Source: an uncultured Campylobacterales bacterium (GTDB taxonomy: Bacteria > Campylobacterota > Campylobacteria > Campylobacterales > QNZT01). From it: DNA of 64,000 bases. The notes beneath the pieces were generated by a model that ran no database searches, was not told the origin of the DNA, and saw nothing but the letters and a program-made list of their open reading frames with translations. Position numbers and translations under genes: made by a program. Positions 18,741-28,802 of the stretch are shown piece by piece; the stretch's first letter is position 1; the number at the start of each line of letters is the position of its first letter. The stretch is from assembly GCA_964622255.1 (NCBI GenBank), contig CAZUPK010000067.1, forward strand, positions 3,979 through 67,978. Direction: 5' to 3'.

Positions 18741-18765
18741 CTTCCTACACAAAAAGTGTAGGAAG
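18741..18765. other. perfect 10-bp hairpin CTTCCTACAC-aaaaa-GTGTAGGAAG
   Basis: Seen directly, 38 nt upstream of the mutS2 start codon. No flanking T-run on either strand, so its role (terminator or operator) is unknown. Confidence 0.3.
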
Positions 18766-18980
18766 CTTTATGAAACTACTTATCCTCACTATATGTCTTA
18801 ATAGTAGTTTTCTCATCTTTATATACATTATAACCTATAAGATTATAGATATATTGTGTCTGTGTTTCCTCTTTTGTTGTATAGAAGTTCAATGCCAATT
18901 AAGCTATTTGCAAAACTATCTTTGGTAAAATCGTTCATTCTTCAAGATTGCCATTATAAACACATAAGGAGAAAAATAAA

Positions 18981-19076
18981 ATGAGTATATTAGTGGTATT
19001 TAATCATCAACCTTATGATGGTAGTGATGTAACATAGATTTGGGTGATAGAATGTGATAAGGTCTTGACTTTTTAA
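18981..19076 (+). pseudogene. DsrE/TusD-family protein relic (N- and C-terminal ends only)
   Basis: Own translation, one frame: MSILVVFNHQPYDGSDVT*IWVIECDKVLTF*. It resembles the start (..ILV....PYDGSD.TW) and end (..DKVLTF) of DsrE-like proteins, with the middle ~90 codons deleted and TAG where W is expected. Confidence 0.4.
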
Positions 19077-19657
19077 TGGCAAAAATAGAAGCTTTTGAAA
19101 AATATTATTTAGAGTATGAGAAGTGGTTTGAGAAAAATTCTAATCTATATGAAGAGGAATTAAAAACTCTAAAATCATTAGTCAAAAATGCTAAAAATGG
19201 AATAGAAATAGGCATAGGTACAGGAAAGTTTGCCATACCGATAGATATTGAAATAGGGGTAGAACCATCTTCTAAAATGGCTAAAATAGCAGTTTCTAAA
19301 GGTTTGAAAGTTTTAGATGGTGTTGCTGAGAACTTACCTTTTGAAGATGCTAAATTTGATTTTGCAACAATGATTACAACTGTTTGCTTTGTTGATGATG
19401 TTTTAAAATCTTTTAAAGAAGTTTATAGAATTTTAAAGCAAGATGGATTTTTTGTAGTCGGATATGTTGATAAAAATTCTAAACTGGGAATAGAATATCA
19501 ACAAAAAAGCAAAAAAAGTAAGTTTTATAAAAATGCAACATTTTATTCTACTGATGTGATTATAAAATACTTGAAAAAGGCAGGATTTTGTAATTTTGAT
19601 AAAAAATATGTAAAAAAAACAAATTTATCATTTATATTTTTAAAAGCAAGTAAATAA
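19076..19657 (+). CDS. class I SAM-dependent methyltransferase
   Basis: 193 aa. Motif I GIEIGIGTGKFA, VEPSSKM, LPFEDAKFDFATM, LKQDGFFVV. Confidence 0.75.
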   Translation: MAKIEAFEKYYLEYEKWFEKNSNLYEEELKTLKSLVKNAKNGIEIGIGTGKFAIPIDIEIGVEPSSKMAKIAVSKGLKVLDGVAENLPFEDAKFDFATMITTVCFVDDVLKSFKEVYRILKQDGFFVVGYVDKNSKLGIEYQQKSKKSKFYKNATFYSTDVIIKYLKKAGFCNFDKKYVKKTNLSFIFLKASK

Positions 19658-19945
19658 ATTGTAAGATTTATCTCAACACCTTGGATGATAAATGAGCTAA
19701 CACGACCGGTTTTCAAAGTTTTTCTTGCTGTTGTGATAAACAGTTAAAAAAAAGAGTTGAGCAAAACCGTGTATGGACAGAATAAATTGGAAATTTGGAA
19801 AATCGAATATTAATGCTTGATTTGTTAAAAAATAATTTTAAAAAGATAAGGTTAAAAGTCAGTGCAAAAAATAAAGGCAGGGATGTCGTGAAATGATTTA
19901 AAAGATAATTCCTAAGGAATATTAGTTCTCTTGCTTAACTCTTTG

Positions 19946-19961
19946 TATGTAATTATACATA
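19946..19961. promoter_or_regulatory. 16-bp inverted repeat TATGTA-ATTA-TACATA upstream of the efflux operon (candidate operator)
   Basis: 6-bp perfect arms seen directly, 24 nt upstream of the probable tolC-family start (ATG 19985 behind TAGGAGGGAAAGG). Confidence 0.25.
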
Positions 19962-19984
19962 AATTTTTGATAGGAGGGAAAGGC

Positions 19985-21217
19985 ATGTATAAAGGGTATT
20001 TTATTTTTTTATTTTTGTTTTCTTTTATATATGGTGATAGTTTAAAAGATTTACTTGAAAGTGCAAATGTTCAAAACAATATCATCATATCAAAAGAGTT
20101 AAGCTCTAAAGCAAAGTTAAAAGAGTATGAAGCATCAAGAAGTGCTATGTTTCCCACCCTTGATGCTGGAGGTTTTTTTCAAAGTGTGGATGATAAAACT
20201 TTAATGCAACCGGGAGATGTATATAGCGGTTATGTGAAACTCTCCTATGATATAATGAATGGAGGTAGAAAATCTTCCATAAAAAAGCAAAAGCTTGAAG
20301 AGTTAAAATCAACTAAATTTGAAGCTGATGCCTTTAAAAAGAGTTTAGTTTTGCAAATCGTTCAAGATTTTTTTAATATCAAAAATCTTAAAGCAATGAT
20401 TAACTCTTTAAAGGAGAAGCAGATAGCTTTAAAAGCTCAACTAAAAAGAGTTAAAAAGTTTTATGATGTTAATCTATCCACAAAAGATGATGTCAATAAA
20501 CTTCAATCAGCATATGATATGAATAGTTATAATATCCAATCTTTAGAACTTCAAAAAACTACTCTTTTGAAGCAGTTGGAGTTAAAAGTTGGAAAAAGTA
20601 TAAATAGTTTAGAAGATTCAAGATTTTTAAAAAATATAAATATAAAGTTAGAACTAACTGATGAGATAAAAGCACTAAAAGCAAAAAGAAAATCTTTAAA
20701 ATATTTGGCAAAAAGTATAGAAAGTGCAAATCTACCACAGGTTAATATAACCGATACTTATAGTAAGTATAAGTATAACAGATATGATAAATTTCACCCA
20801 AAGGGTTTAGATGAACAAAATAAGATTATGCTAAGTGTAAATCTAAGACTTTTTGATGATGGAATGATTTCAAAAAATAAACAATCAGCTATTTTAAATG
20901 CAAAAGCTTTGGAAAATCAAATCATATATAAAACAAAAGAGCAAAAGATGCTTTTTAATATAGCAAAATCGAGGATAAAAACTTTAAAAGCAAAGATAAA
21001 AAGTGCAAAAAGTGCTTTAAAATCGGCACTTAGCACTTATAAAACTATAAAATCTAAATATGAAGCCGGACTAGTGGACAATGTTGCATATCTTGATGCT
21101 TTAAGTGTAAAAACAGAGGCTAAAAGTAGATATGAAAGTAGTTTAAATGAGTTAGAAATTGCATATGCTATTTTTTATTATTATGCAGGAAAAGATCCGA
21201 AGGAGTTTATAAAATGA
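19985..21217 (+). CDS. TolC-family outer-membrane efflux protein
   Basis: The track ORF starts at 19931. I prefer ATG 19985 (good SD), which gives the signal peptide MYKGYFIFLFLFSFIYG. Two-repeat coiled/beta architecture, C-terminal ..YYYAGK. Confidence 0.8.
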   Translation: MYKGYFIFLFLFSFIYGDSLKDLLESANVQNNIIISKELSSKAKLKEYEASRSAMFPTLDAGGFFQSVDDKTLMQPGDVYSGYVKLSYDIMNGGRKSSIKKQKLEELKSTKFEADAFKKSLVLQIVQDFFNIKNLKAMINSLKEKQIALKAQLKRVKKFYDVNLSTKDDVNKLQSAYDMNSYNIQSLELQKTTLLKQLELKVGKSINSLEDSRFLKNINIKLELTDEIKALKAKRKSLKYLAKSIESANLPQVNITDTYSKYKYNRYDKFHPKGLDEQNKIMLSVNLRLFDDGMISKNKQSAILNAKALENQIIYKTKEQKMLFNIAKSRIKTLKAKIKSAKSALKSALSTYKTIKSKYEAGLVDNVAYLDALSVKTEAKSRYESSLNELEIAYAIFYYYAGKDPKEFIK

Positions 21218-21927
21218 AAAAAATAATTTTAATTATCTTTATATTGGTTAGTATGCTTCAAGCACAAAAAATATATGCAACTTTTGATGTTGTAGCACAA
21301 CAAAGTGCAAATCTTGCATTTACAGCTAGTGGAACGGTTAAAAGTGTAAATGTAGATATAGGCTCTATCGTAAAAAAGGGAGATACTCTTGCGATTTTGG
21401 ATAATAGTGATATAAAGGCGTTGCTTGATAAAACAAAAATTATTTTAAAATTTGCAAAAAGAGAACTCGATAGACAAAAAAAGATAAAAAAACTTATCGA
21501 TGCAAGTAGATATGATAAAGTTTTAAGTGATTATGAAAGTGCAAAAGCAGCTGTTGCTTATCAAAAAGCTTTATATGATAAAACTTTCTTAAAAGCTCCA
21601 TTTGATGGTATCATATATGATAAAGCGATAGAAGTGGGTGATGCGGTTAGCGGGACGATGTTAAAGACTGTATTTAAGATTCAAAGTCTGCATAAGAGAA
21701 AACTTATCTTACAATTTGACCAAAAGTATCACAATAAGGTAAAAGTAGGGCAAAAGTTCAGATATAAAGTAGATGGGGACAATAAAATATATGAGGGAGT
21801 TATATCAAAAGTTTATCCATATGCAAACTATCAAAATAGAAAAATAAAGGCTGAAGTTATTGCTAAAGATTTTACTGTAGGACTCTTTGGTGATGGATAT
21901 ATTTTAGTCGATGAGGATAAACAATAA
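21214..21927 (+). CDS. efflux RND periplasmic adaptor (membrane fusion protein)
   Basis: 237 aa. Signal peptide, lipoyl-like GTVKSVNVDIGSIVKKGDTLAILD, LKAPFDGII. ATGA overlap with the upstream gene. Confidence 0.8.
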   Translation: MKKIILIIFILVSMLQAQKIYATFDVVAQQSANLAFTASGTVKSVNVDIGSIVKKGDTLAILDNSDIKALLDKTKIILKFAKRELDRQKKIKKLIDASRYDKVLSDYESAKAAVAYQKALYDKTFLKAPFDGIIYDKAIEVGDAVSGTMLKTVFKIQSLHKRKLILQFDQKYHNKVKVGQKFRYKVDGDNKIYEGVISKVYPYANYQNRKIKAEVIAKDFTVGLFGDGYILVDEDKQ

Positions 21928-24900
21928 TGTATAAAGTAGCTATAAATAGACCTATTGCAACTTTGATGTATGTTTTTACATTGGTAATATTTGGATATAT
22001 GAGTTTTAAAGGTATGCCATCAGCTCTTTATCCAAATGTAGATTTTCCTATAGTAACCATTAAAACTATATATCCCGGAGTTGATGCAAATACTATAGAA
22101 TCCCAAGTAACCCAAAAGATAGAAGAGGCAGTTTCGGGTATAGCCGGGGTTGATAGTATCATCTCAACAAGTAGTGATAGTATTTCGGTTGTAATGGTTA
22201 ATTTTTTTTTAGAAAGAAATATAGATGAAGCAACAAATGATGTTAGGGATAAAGTATCTGCTGTAACTCTTCCAAAAAATGCGAAAATACCACTTGTAAA
22301 TAAGCTTGATATAGGTGCGGCTCCTGTAATAAATGTTTTTTTAACAGCTAAAAAAAATAATATAAAAAACTTAATGCTTTTTGCAGATGAAAAAGTAAAA
22401 CCAGCTCTTGAAAAGTTAGATGGAGTAGGTGCTATAAATATTATAGGATATAGAGATAGAGAGATAAAAATATTTCCGGATATTTATAAACTTAACAAGT
22501 ATGGCATCAGTATAAGAGAGTTAAATAATATAGTAGCTAGAGAAAATGTTAAAGTAGGTGGTGGTAAGCTTATAACTAAGGATAAAGAGATAATATTAAA
22601 AACTAAAGCTGATGCCATAAGTTTAAATGAGTTAAAAAATATTTTTATTAAAAATGATATAAAACTAAAGGATATAGCAAAAGTAACTGATGATTTAAGT
22701 GATGCAAAAAGCTACTCCTCTTATAATGGCACAAAAGGAGTTATGCTTGAAGTGCAAAAGATTTCCGGAACAAATACTATAGATGTTGTAAATCGTGTAA
22801 AAAAAATTATACCTAAACTAAAAGCGATAGCTGGTGATAGATTTGGGGTTACTACTTTGCAAGATACGACCCCTTTTATTATTCATTCGCTTGAAGATGT
22901 TAAGTTTGATCTAATTTATGGTGCATTTTTGGCAGTTGTAATAATTTTTGGATTTTTAAGAAATCTTACTATTACTTTAGTTTCGGCATTTTCTATTCCT
23001 ATATCTATCTTTGGAACGATAGCTTTGATGAATTTTATGGGATTTAATTTAAACAAAATGACACTTATTGGGCTTACTTTGGCTATAGGTATTATTATCG
23101 ATGATGCTATTGTTGTGCTTGAAAATATCTATAAAAAGATGGAAGAGGGGATGGGGAGTTTTGAAGCGGCACTTTATGGAGTAAAAGAGATGGCATTTGC
23201 TATATTAGCCATTTCAGCGATGCTTCTAGCTGTTTTTATCCCTGTTGCAAATATGAGTGGAATAGTTGGCAAATTTTTTGAAAGTTTTGCTATGACTGTC
23301 GGATTTGCCATAATCATCTCTTACAGTGTCGCTTTGAGTTTTATGCCAAGTCTTAGTGCAAGAGTTTTGCATAAAAATGAAAGTAAGTTTTATAATATTA
23401 CAGAGCCGATATTTATAGCTATAGATAAGTTTTATGAAAGGATTTTATCTTTTATACTTGAGCATAAAAAATTGATTTTTCTTTTAGTTTTGATAACTTT
23501 TGCAGGGTCGATTTCTTTATTTCCTAAAATAGGTATGGATTTTTTACCAAAAGAGGATAAAGCGGAGTTTGAGATAAAACTTAGAGCAAAACCGGGCATT
23601 AGTTTAGATAAGATGATAAAAAGATCTAAGAAAGTTGAAAATATTGTTAAAAAAGATAAAAATGTTTTATTTACCACTTTAAATGTAGGATACAATAGTG
23701 TTAAAGAAAAAAATAAGTCTCTTATCTATGTAAAACTTACTCCAAAAAATAAAAGAGTAAAAAGCCAAGAGGAGATAATACAAAGTTTTAGAAAAAGATT
23801 AAACTCTTTTTCTAAAGATATCTTTATAACCGTATCGGCTATACCGAACATAAAAGGTGCCGGAGTGAGTGTGCCGTATCAGATAGTTTTAACTTCTGAT
23901 TCTTTTGAAAAACTAAAAGTTGCAAAAAAAAATCTTATGCAATATTTATCTAAAAAAAAGGGATTTGTTGATATCGATAGTAACCTTGATGAAGGAAAAC
24001 CTCAGATAGATATAAAAATCATAAGAGAAAATGCGAATAGATTGGGTATCAGTGCTTTAGAGATTGCTTCTACTATTGCAACCGCATTTTCTAGTGATTT
24101 GGAGATTTCATATTTTGAACAAAATGGAAAACAATATAACATAACTTTAAGGCTTCCCGATAACAATAGAATAAGTATAGATGATATAAAAAAGCTTCAA
24201 ATTAGAGCTAAAAATGGCAAACTAGTATATCTTGATGGACTTGTGGAATTTAAAAACTCAAAATCCATAGCTTCTATTTATCACTATAACAGACAAAGAC
24301 AAGTAACAATATATAGTGATTTGTTTGGACTAGATTTAGGCGGAGCGGTAAACTATACACTTGCAAAAATAGACAAACTTTTACCAAAAGGTGTAGGATA
24401 TAAATTTACCGGATTTGCCAAAGAGATGAAAAAAACAAATAAAGCTTTTGCCAATGCAATAAGTTTATCGGTTATATTGATGTTTATTATTTTAGCTATA
24501 CTTTATGAATCACTTATTCAACCGTTTATTATTATGATGGCACTGCCTTTGAGTATTATTGGTGTTATGGTAGCACTTTATTTAACACATATGCATTTTA
24601 GTCTTTTTGTTATGATAGGTTTTATGTTACTTATGGGAATGGTTGGTAAAAATTCAGTTTTATTAGTGGATTTTGCAAATGAAGCTATTTATAAAGGTAA
24701 AGATGTTAAATCGGCATTGATAGAAGCAGGAGAGAAAAGGCTTCGTCCTATTTTAATGACAACTTTTGCTATGATATTTGCAATGCTTCCTTTAGCACTT
24801 AGTCATTCACTAGGAAGTGAAACCAAAGCACCTATGGCTATAGCAGTTATAGGAGGGCTTATTAGTTCGATGATATTAACTCTTCTTGTAGTTCCTGTTT

Positions 24901-24971
24901 TTTTTGAATTTATATATCCGATTGATAGATGGCTAAGAAAGTGGTATGAGAGAAAAAGTGAATTTTTGTAA
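21927..24971 (+). CDS. RND efflux permease (AcrB/AcrD/AcrF family)
   Basis: 1014 aa. 12-TM RND layout, GLTLAIGIIIDDAIVVLENI, C-terminal RLRPILMTTFAMIFAMLPLAL. Confidence 0.9.
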   Translation: MYKVAINRPIATLMYVFTLVIFGYMSFKGMPSALYPNVDFPIVTIKTIYPGVDANTIESQVTQKIEEAVSGIAGVDSIISTSSDSISVVMVNFFLERNIDEATNDVRDKVSAVTLPKNAKIPLVNKLDIGAAPVINVFLTAKKNNIKNLMLFADEKVKPALEKLDGVGAINIIGYRDREIKIFPDIYKLNKYGISIRELNNIVARENVKVGGGKLITKDKEIILKTKADAISLNELKNIFIKNDIKLKDIAKVTDDLSDAKSYSSYNGTKGVMLEVQKISGTNTIDVVNRVKKIIPKLKAIAGDRFGVTTLQDTTPFIIHSLEDVKFDLIYGAFLAVVIIFGFLRNLTITLVSAFSIPISIFGTIALMNFMGFNLNKMTLIGLTLAIGIIIDDAIVVLENIYKKMEEGMGSFEAALYGVKEMAFAILAISAMLLAVFIPVANMSGIVGKFFESFAMTVGFAIIISYSVALSFMPSLSARVLHKNESKFYNITEPIFIAIDKFYERILSFILEHKKLIFLLVLITFAGSISLFPKIGMDFLPKEDKAEFEIKLRAKPGISLDKMIKRSKKVENIVKKDKNVLFTTLNVGYNSVKEKNKSLIYVKLTPKNKRVKSQEEIIQSFRKRLNSFSKDIFITVSAIPNIKGAGVSVPYQIVLTSDSFEKLKVAKKNLMQYLSKKKGFVDIDSNLDEGKPQIDIKIIRENANRLGISALEIASTIATAFSSDLEISYFEQNGKQYNITLRLPDNNRISIDDIKKLQIRAKNGKLVYLDGLVEFKNSKSIASIYHYNRQRQVTIYSDLFGLDLGGAVNYTLAKIDKLLPKGVGYKFTGFAKEMKKTNKAFANAISLSVILMFIILAILYESLIQPFIIMMALPLSIIGVMVALYLTHMHFSLFVMIGFMLLMGMVGKNSVLLVDFANEAIYKGKDVKSALIEAGEKRLRPILMTTFAMIFAMLPLALSHSLGSETKAPMAIAVIGGLISSMILTLLVVPVFFEFIYPIDRWLRKWYERKSEFL

Positions 24972-25028
24972 AAAAATGCCGATATACAATCACATCAAAA
25001 GTAAGTTTAAAAAAAGGAGTATCATTGA

Positions 25029-25568
25029 ATGAATGAAAGGAGACTTTTTTTAAAGAAAAGTTTTGCTCTAGTTACTATACCTATAACTTCACAAAATCTT
25101 TTCTCTTATTCTCTACCCACAGATAAGATTTTACATCTACATAACATTCATACAGGAGAGAGTATAAAAGCAACTTTTTGGGAAAAAGATCACTTTGTTG
25201 AAAGTGAGTTAAAAAGATTGGATTATTTTTTACGAGACTATAGACTAAATAAAACCGCAAAAATAGATAGAAACCTATATAAACTTTTGTATGCAATACA
25301 GCTTATTGGAAATACAAAAAAGCCGGTTGAGATTATATCCGGATATAGAACTATTCAGACAAATGAGATTTTGAGAAAGCACTCTAAAGGTGTTGCAAAA
25401 CATAGTTTTCATACTCTTGCAAAGGCTATTGATTTTAATATAAAAGATAGATACTTAAGAGATACTTTAAAAATAGTTAAAAAGTTACAAGTTGGTGGGA
25501 TTGGATACTATCCAAAAAGTAGTTTTATACACATAGATACCGGAAGAGTTAGATTTTGGAGGGGTTAA
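25029..25568 (+). CDS. DUF882/YcbK-like peptidase M15A family protein with Tat-type signal
   Basis: 179 aa. MNERRLFLKKSFAL (twin-Arg), SGYRT..TN, SFHTLAKAIDF, FIHIDTG. Confidence 0.75.
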   Translation: MNERRLFLKKSFALVTIPITSQNLFSYSLPTDKILHLHNIHTGESIKATFWEKDHFVESELKRLDYFLRDYRLNKTAKIDRNLYKLLYAIQLIGNTKKPVEIISGYRTIQTNEILRKHSKGVAKHSFHTLAKAIDFNIKDRYLRDTLKIVKKLQVGGIGYYPKSSFIHIDTGRVRFWRG

Positions 25569-25635
25569 TAGGCGATTATAAAGTTTTTTAAAGTATGATT
25601 GAGTTGTAAAATTTTTTTGAAAGGTGGTGAGGTAG

Positions 25636-25848
25636 ATGCCTGGTATCGTTGTGAAATCAAATGAATCTTTCGAAGAAGCATATAGGAGATTTAAAAAGCA
25701 AATTGATAGAAACTTAATAGTTACAGAAAAAAGAGCTAGAAGGTTTTTTGAAACCGGAACTGAAAAGAGAAAGAAACAAAAAATCGCAGCTAGAAAGAAA
25801 ATGCTTAAGAAACTTTATATGCTTAGAAGATACGAATCAAGGCTGTAA
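25636..25848 (+). CDS. rpsU: 30S ribosomal protein S21
   Basis: 70 aa. [22 protein letters not shown]...[10 protein letters not shown]. Confidence 0.95.
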   Translation: MPGIVVKSNESFEEAYRRFKKQIDRNLIVTEKRARRFFETGTEKRKKQKIAARKKMLKKLYMLRRYESRL

Positions 25849-25860
25849 GCTTTCACTTAT

Positions 25861-25886
25861 GAGGGGAGGTTTCCCCCTCGTTTTTT
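25861..25886 (+). terminator. rho-independent terminator after rpsU
   Basis: GAGGGG-aggtttc-CCCCTC (6-bp GC stem, 25861-25879) followed by GTTTTTT. Confidence 0.75.
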
Positions 25887-25903
25887 GTATTAAAGGTTGT
25901 TAC

Positions 25904-26803
25904 TTATTTAGGAACTCTAAGTTTTTGTCCTGGAAATATCATATTTGGGTTTTTAATCAAATCAGGGTTTGCTGCAAAAATTTTACTATACATCATAGGA
26001 TTTCCATATGCTCTTTTTGCTATAAGAGATAGAGTATCACCTCTCCTAACTGTGATTATTCTCATTGCATTTTTTCTAACTTTTGTTTCTTTCTTGATTT
26101 TTGAAACATAATCAGAGCTTTTGATTTTTGTTTTATCATTTTCCATTATTTGATTTAATTTAGCATATAGTTTCGATAAATCATCCTTTGTGGCTAGTTC
26201 ATTTTTGTTAATAATAACCTTATTAAAGTTATCAGCCTTTTCTTTTTTGTTTTTATTCTCAATTTTTCTATTTGAGTCCACATTATCAAGTGATGATAGG
26301 TCAATATCCTCCTCTTTTACATTATCAACATCCGCAGACGATAAATTGCTAAGTAGTGTAGCATCATCAACTTTATTTTCATCATTAATCTCTTTTTGTT
26401 TTTTAGATACAGGTTTAGAGGCTGTTGTTTGGATTTGATTGGTATTGAGCCTATTATTTTGTTTTTTTTGATTCATTTGAGCCAATATACTTTTTACTAT
26501 CAGAGCTATTTCTTCTTTTTTTATAGTATTGCCTTCGCTTTCAACAGTATTAGTTACTGCTTTAACTACATTGGAGGTGGTATTTTTTTGTTTAACTTGT
26601 TTGATAGGTTGTACTTTTTTAGTCTGATTGTTAGCAACATCCTCACTTTTAAATAAAAATTTATATGCAACCGCTCCCAAAACAATCAAAAGCAGTATTA
26701 AAAGTATGATAACAAGTATCTTAATCAGAGAGTTTACAGTATCTCCACTTTTTCCATCATCATCAACTCTAAACTTTAGGTAATCATCTCTTATATTGCT
26801 CAT
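25904..26803 (-). CDS. LysM domain membrane protein
   Basis: 299 aa. One N-terminal TM (ILVIILLILLLIVLGAVAY), low-complexity K/N/Q-rich spacer, C-terminal LysM ITVRRGDTLSLIAKRAYGNPMMYSKIFAANPDLIKNPNMIFPGQKLRVP. Confidence 0.8.
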   Translation of the reverse strand: MSNIRDDYLKFRVDDDGKSGDTVNSLIKILVIILLILLLIVLGAVAYKFLFKSEDVANNQTKKVQPIKQVKQKNTTSNVVKAVTNTVESEGNTIKKEEIALIVKSILAQMNQKKQNNRLNTNQIQTTASKPVSKKQKEINDENKVDDATLLSNLSSADVDNVKEEDIDLSSLDNVDSNRKIENKNKKEKADNFNKVIINKNELATKDDLSKLYAKLNQIMENDKTKIKSSDYVSKIKKETKVRKNAMRIITVRRGDTLSLIAKRAYGNPMMYSKIFAANPDLIKNPNMIFPGQKLRVPK

Positions 26804-26821
26804 TTATAGCTCCTTTGTTAT

Positions 26822-27463
26822 TTAACTACTTGGTTTATTGATAGTAATACCTAATATCTGCCAATATTGCATACCACCACGATAGTATTTTATCTTATCT
26901 TTAGGATAACCAAGCTTGATCAAGTTTTTCATAGCTGCTACAGCTTGTTGGCACCAAGGACCATTATCAAATATCATCAATTCCATAGCATCGGAAAAAT
27001 CCCATCTACCATTTTTCTTTTCAGCACCAAAAAGTTCCAACATTTGATCTATATATTGACTTCCAAGGCTTATAGAAAGAACACTAAAAGGAACATTTAA
27101 AGCTCCTGGAATGGTTCCTTGTATATACCACTGTGGAAGTCTAGCATCTATCAAAAGTCCGGTGTTATTGGCTACTTGATTTTTTAAAAAATTTATAACA
27201 TCTAACTCAGAAACAGTTTCTACACCTTTAATAGGTTCCATCTTTTGAACACAAAATGGTGGACACGGCCTAGATGTTTTCGTATAAGAATTTTTAAGTT
27301 TATGATTTTTATCCTGTATTCTTTGTATCCTTATATTTTTTCCATCCACATCTATATCAACATATGGAAGTTTATCTGTAAGATTTACCTCTAAACCCAA
27401 TACATTTGTAGTAAGCAGTGTTGATATGGTTAAACTACTAAACAATTTAAAACTTTTTTTCAT
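26822..27463 (-). CDS. secreted rhodanese-like domain protein
   Basis: 213 aa. Signal peptide MKKSFKLFSSLTISTLLTTNVLG, rhodanese-like LIDARLPQWYIQGTIPGALNVPF, candidate loop FDNGPWCQQA. Confidence 0.7.
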   Translation of the reverse strand: MKKSFKLFSSLTISTLLTTNVLGLEVNLTDKLPYVDIDVDGKNIRIQRIQDKNHKLKNSYTKTSRPCPPFCVQKMEPIKGVETVSELDVINFLKNQVANNTGLLIDARLPQWYIQGTIPGALNVPFSVLSISLGSQYIDQMLELFGAEKKNGRWDFSDAMELMIFDNGPWCQQAVAAMKNLIKLGYPKDKIKYYRGGMQYWQILGITINKPSS

Positions 27464-27629
27464 AAGAAGCCTTTATTTTAGTTTCATTCTTTCTTTAAGT
27501 TTATTTTTTGGTATTATATACTATTAAACAAAAAAAAGCAAATGTTGTTGACTATAAATATTTTTCTAACAAAGTCGATTTAGTATAGATTACAAATTTG
27601 CACATATTTTTATGTAAATAAGGAAGAGG

Positions 27630-28445
27630 ATGGCTTTATTTAACCTTTTAGCTAAAAAGAAGAAAAAAAGAGCAAGTGAAATAACTTATATTACCAAAAA
27701 TATTCGAATAACCGGAGAGCTTATTAGTGCAAGTCCTTTGTTTATAGATAGTAAGATAGAAGGTGATTTAAAAGTAAACAATACCGTCATAATCTCAAAA
27801 AGAGCTTCAGTTGATGGAAATATACAAGCTAAAAATGTTTTAGTTTATGGTGAGATTAGAGGCAAGGTAAAGAGTAAAAACTTAGAAGTATATCAAGGTG
27901 CACAAGTTCGCGGAAATCTGAATGTAAAAAAAATTTATATAGATGGACAAGTTTTTGGAAGTATTGGAGGTGAAGGGGTTTTTATAGATAAAAATGGTAG
28001 GGCTAAAAGTGTTATACAAGCAAAAAAAACAGCTATCAGTGGTGTTGTAGATGGTGCTTTAGCTTCTTATGTATTAGAGTTAAATCGCAATTCATATATT
28101 AGAGGAGATGTTTTTGTAAGTGAGATACCAAAAAAAGATGGAAAAATAGAGGGAAGTATAAATAATTTTAAAGATATTTTATCTTCTAAAGAGCAGTTTA
28201 GTTATGATTATGAAGATAGTGTCGAAAAAATGAATACTGAAGTAGCGGTGTATATGAAATATGAAGCAAAGATTATAGATTTGATAAAAAGAAATCTTAA
28301 TAATAATGCTATTTTACAAAATTTAGTAAAAATGTTAAAATACTCAGAAGATAACGAACAAAAACTTGAACAGATAATTCAAGCTATTGAATACAAAAAG
28401 GGATACAAAAAGGATGACGGTTTTATTGATGTTGAGTATGATTAG
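27630..28445 (+). CDS. bactofilin-family (DUF583) polymer-forming protein with ~100-aa helical C-terminal extension
   Basis: 271 aa. Repeated beta-helix pattern ITGELISASPLFIDSKIEGDLKVNNTVIISKRASVDGNIQAKNVLVYGEIRGKVKSKNLEVYQGAQVRGNLNVKKIYIDGQVFG. Confidence 0.75.
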   Translation: MALFNLLAKKKKKRASEITYITKNIRITGELISASPLFIDSKIEGDLKVNNTVIISKRASVDGNIQAKNVLVYGEIRGKVKSKNLEVYQGAQVRGNLNVKKIYIDGQVFGSIGGEGVFIDKNGRAKSVIQAKKTAISGVVDGALASYVLELNRNSYIRGDVFVSEIPKKDGKIEGSINNFKDILSSKEQFSYDYEDSVEKMNTEVAVYMKYEAKIIDLIKRNLNNNAILQNLVKMLKYSEDNEQKLEQIIQAIEYKKGYKKDDGFIDVEYD

Positions 28446-28454
28446 GGAGGTGCT

Positions 28455-28799
28455 ATGAAAAAGATAGATATTAAAAAGAGGATAAAATTGCTAAGTTGGA
28501 CATCGCTGATAGGGCTTCTTATCCTAACTTCTCTATCTGTTTACAATACAATAGCATATATAAAAAATTTGGAACAAGTTAAAACTATTATCAAATTGTT
28601 AAATAAAGATACCTCACCTCAACTGAAAAATGAAATTATAAAAGCTATCGTAGCCAATATAGACAATTCTCAAGTAGTAGTTATATCTACTGCCATTATA
28701 GGTATTGTATTGCTAACAATGGTAGTGTATCTTGGAGTATCCATCAAAAAAGAGACAAATAGAAGAATCCATGCTATGGATTGGATTATAGAGGATTAA
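28455..28799 (+). CDS. small membrane protein, two predicted TM helices
   Basis: 114 aa. LLSWTSLIGLLILTSLSVY and VVVISTAIIGIVLLTMVVYLGV. Gaps of 9 nt and 3 nt to the flanking bactofilin genes. Confidence 0.6.
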   Translation: MKKIDIKKRIKLLSWTSLIGLLILTSLSVYNTIAYIKNLEQVKTIIKLLNKDTSPQLKNEIIKAIVANIDNSQVVVISTAIIGIVLLTMVVYLGVSIKKETNRRIHAMDWIIED

Positions 28800-28802
28800 A
28801 AT

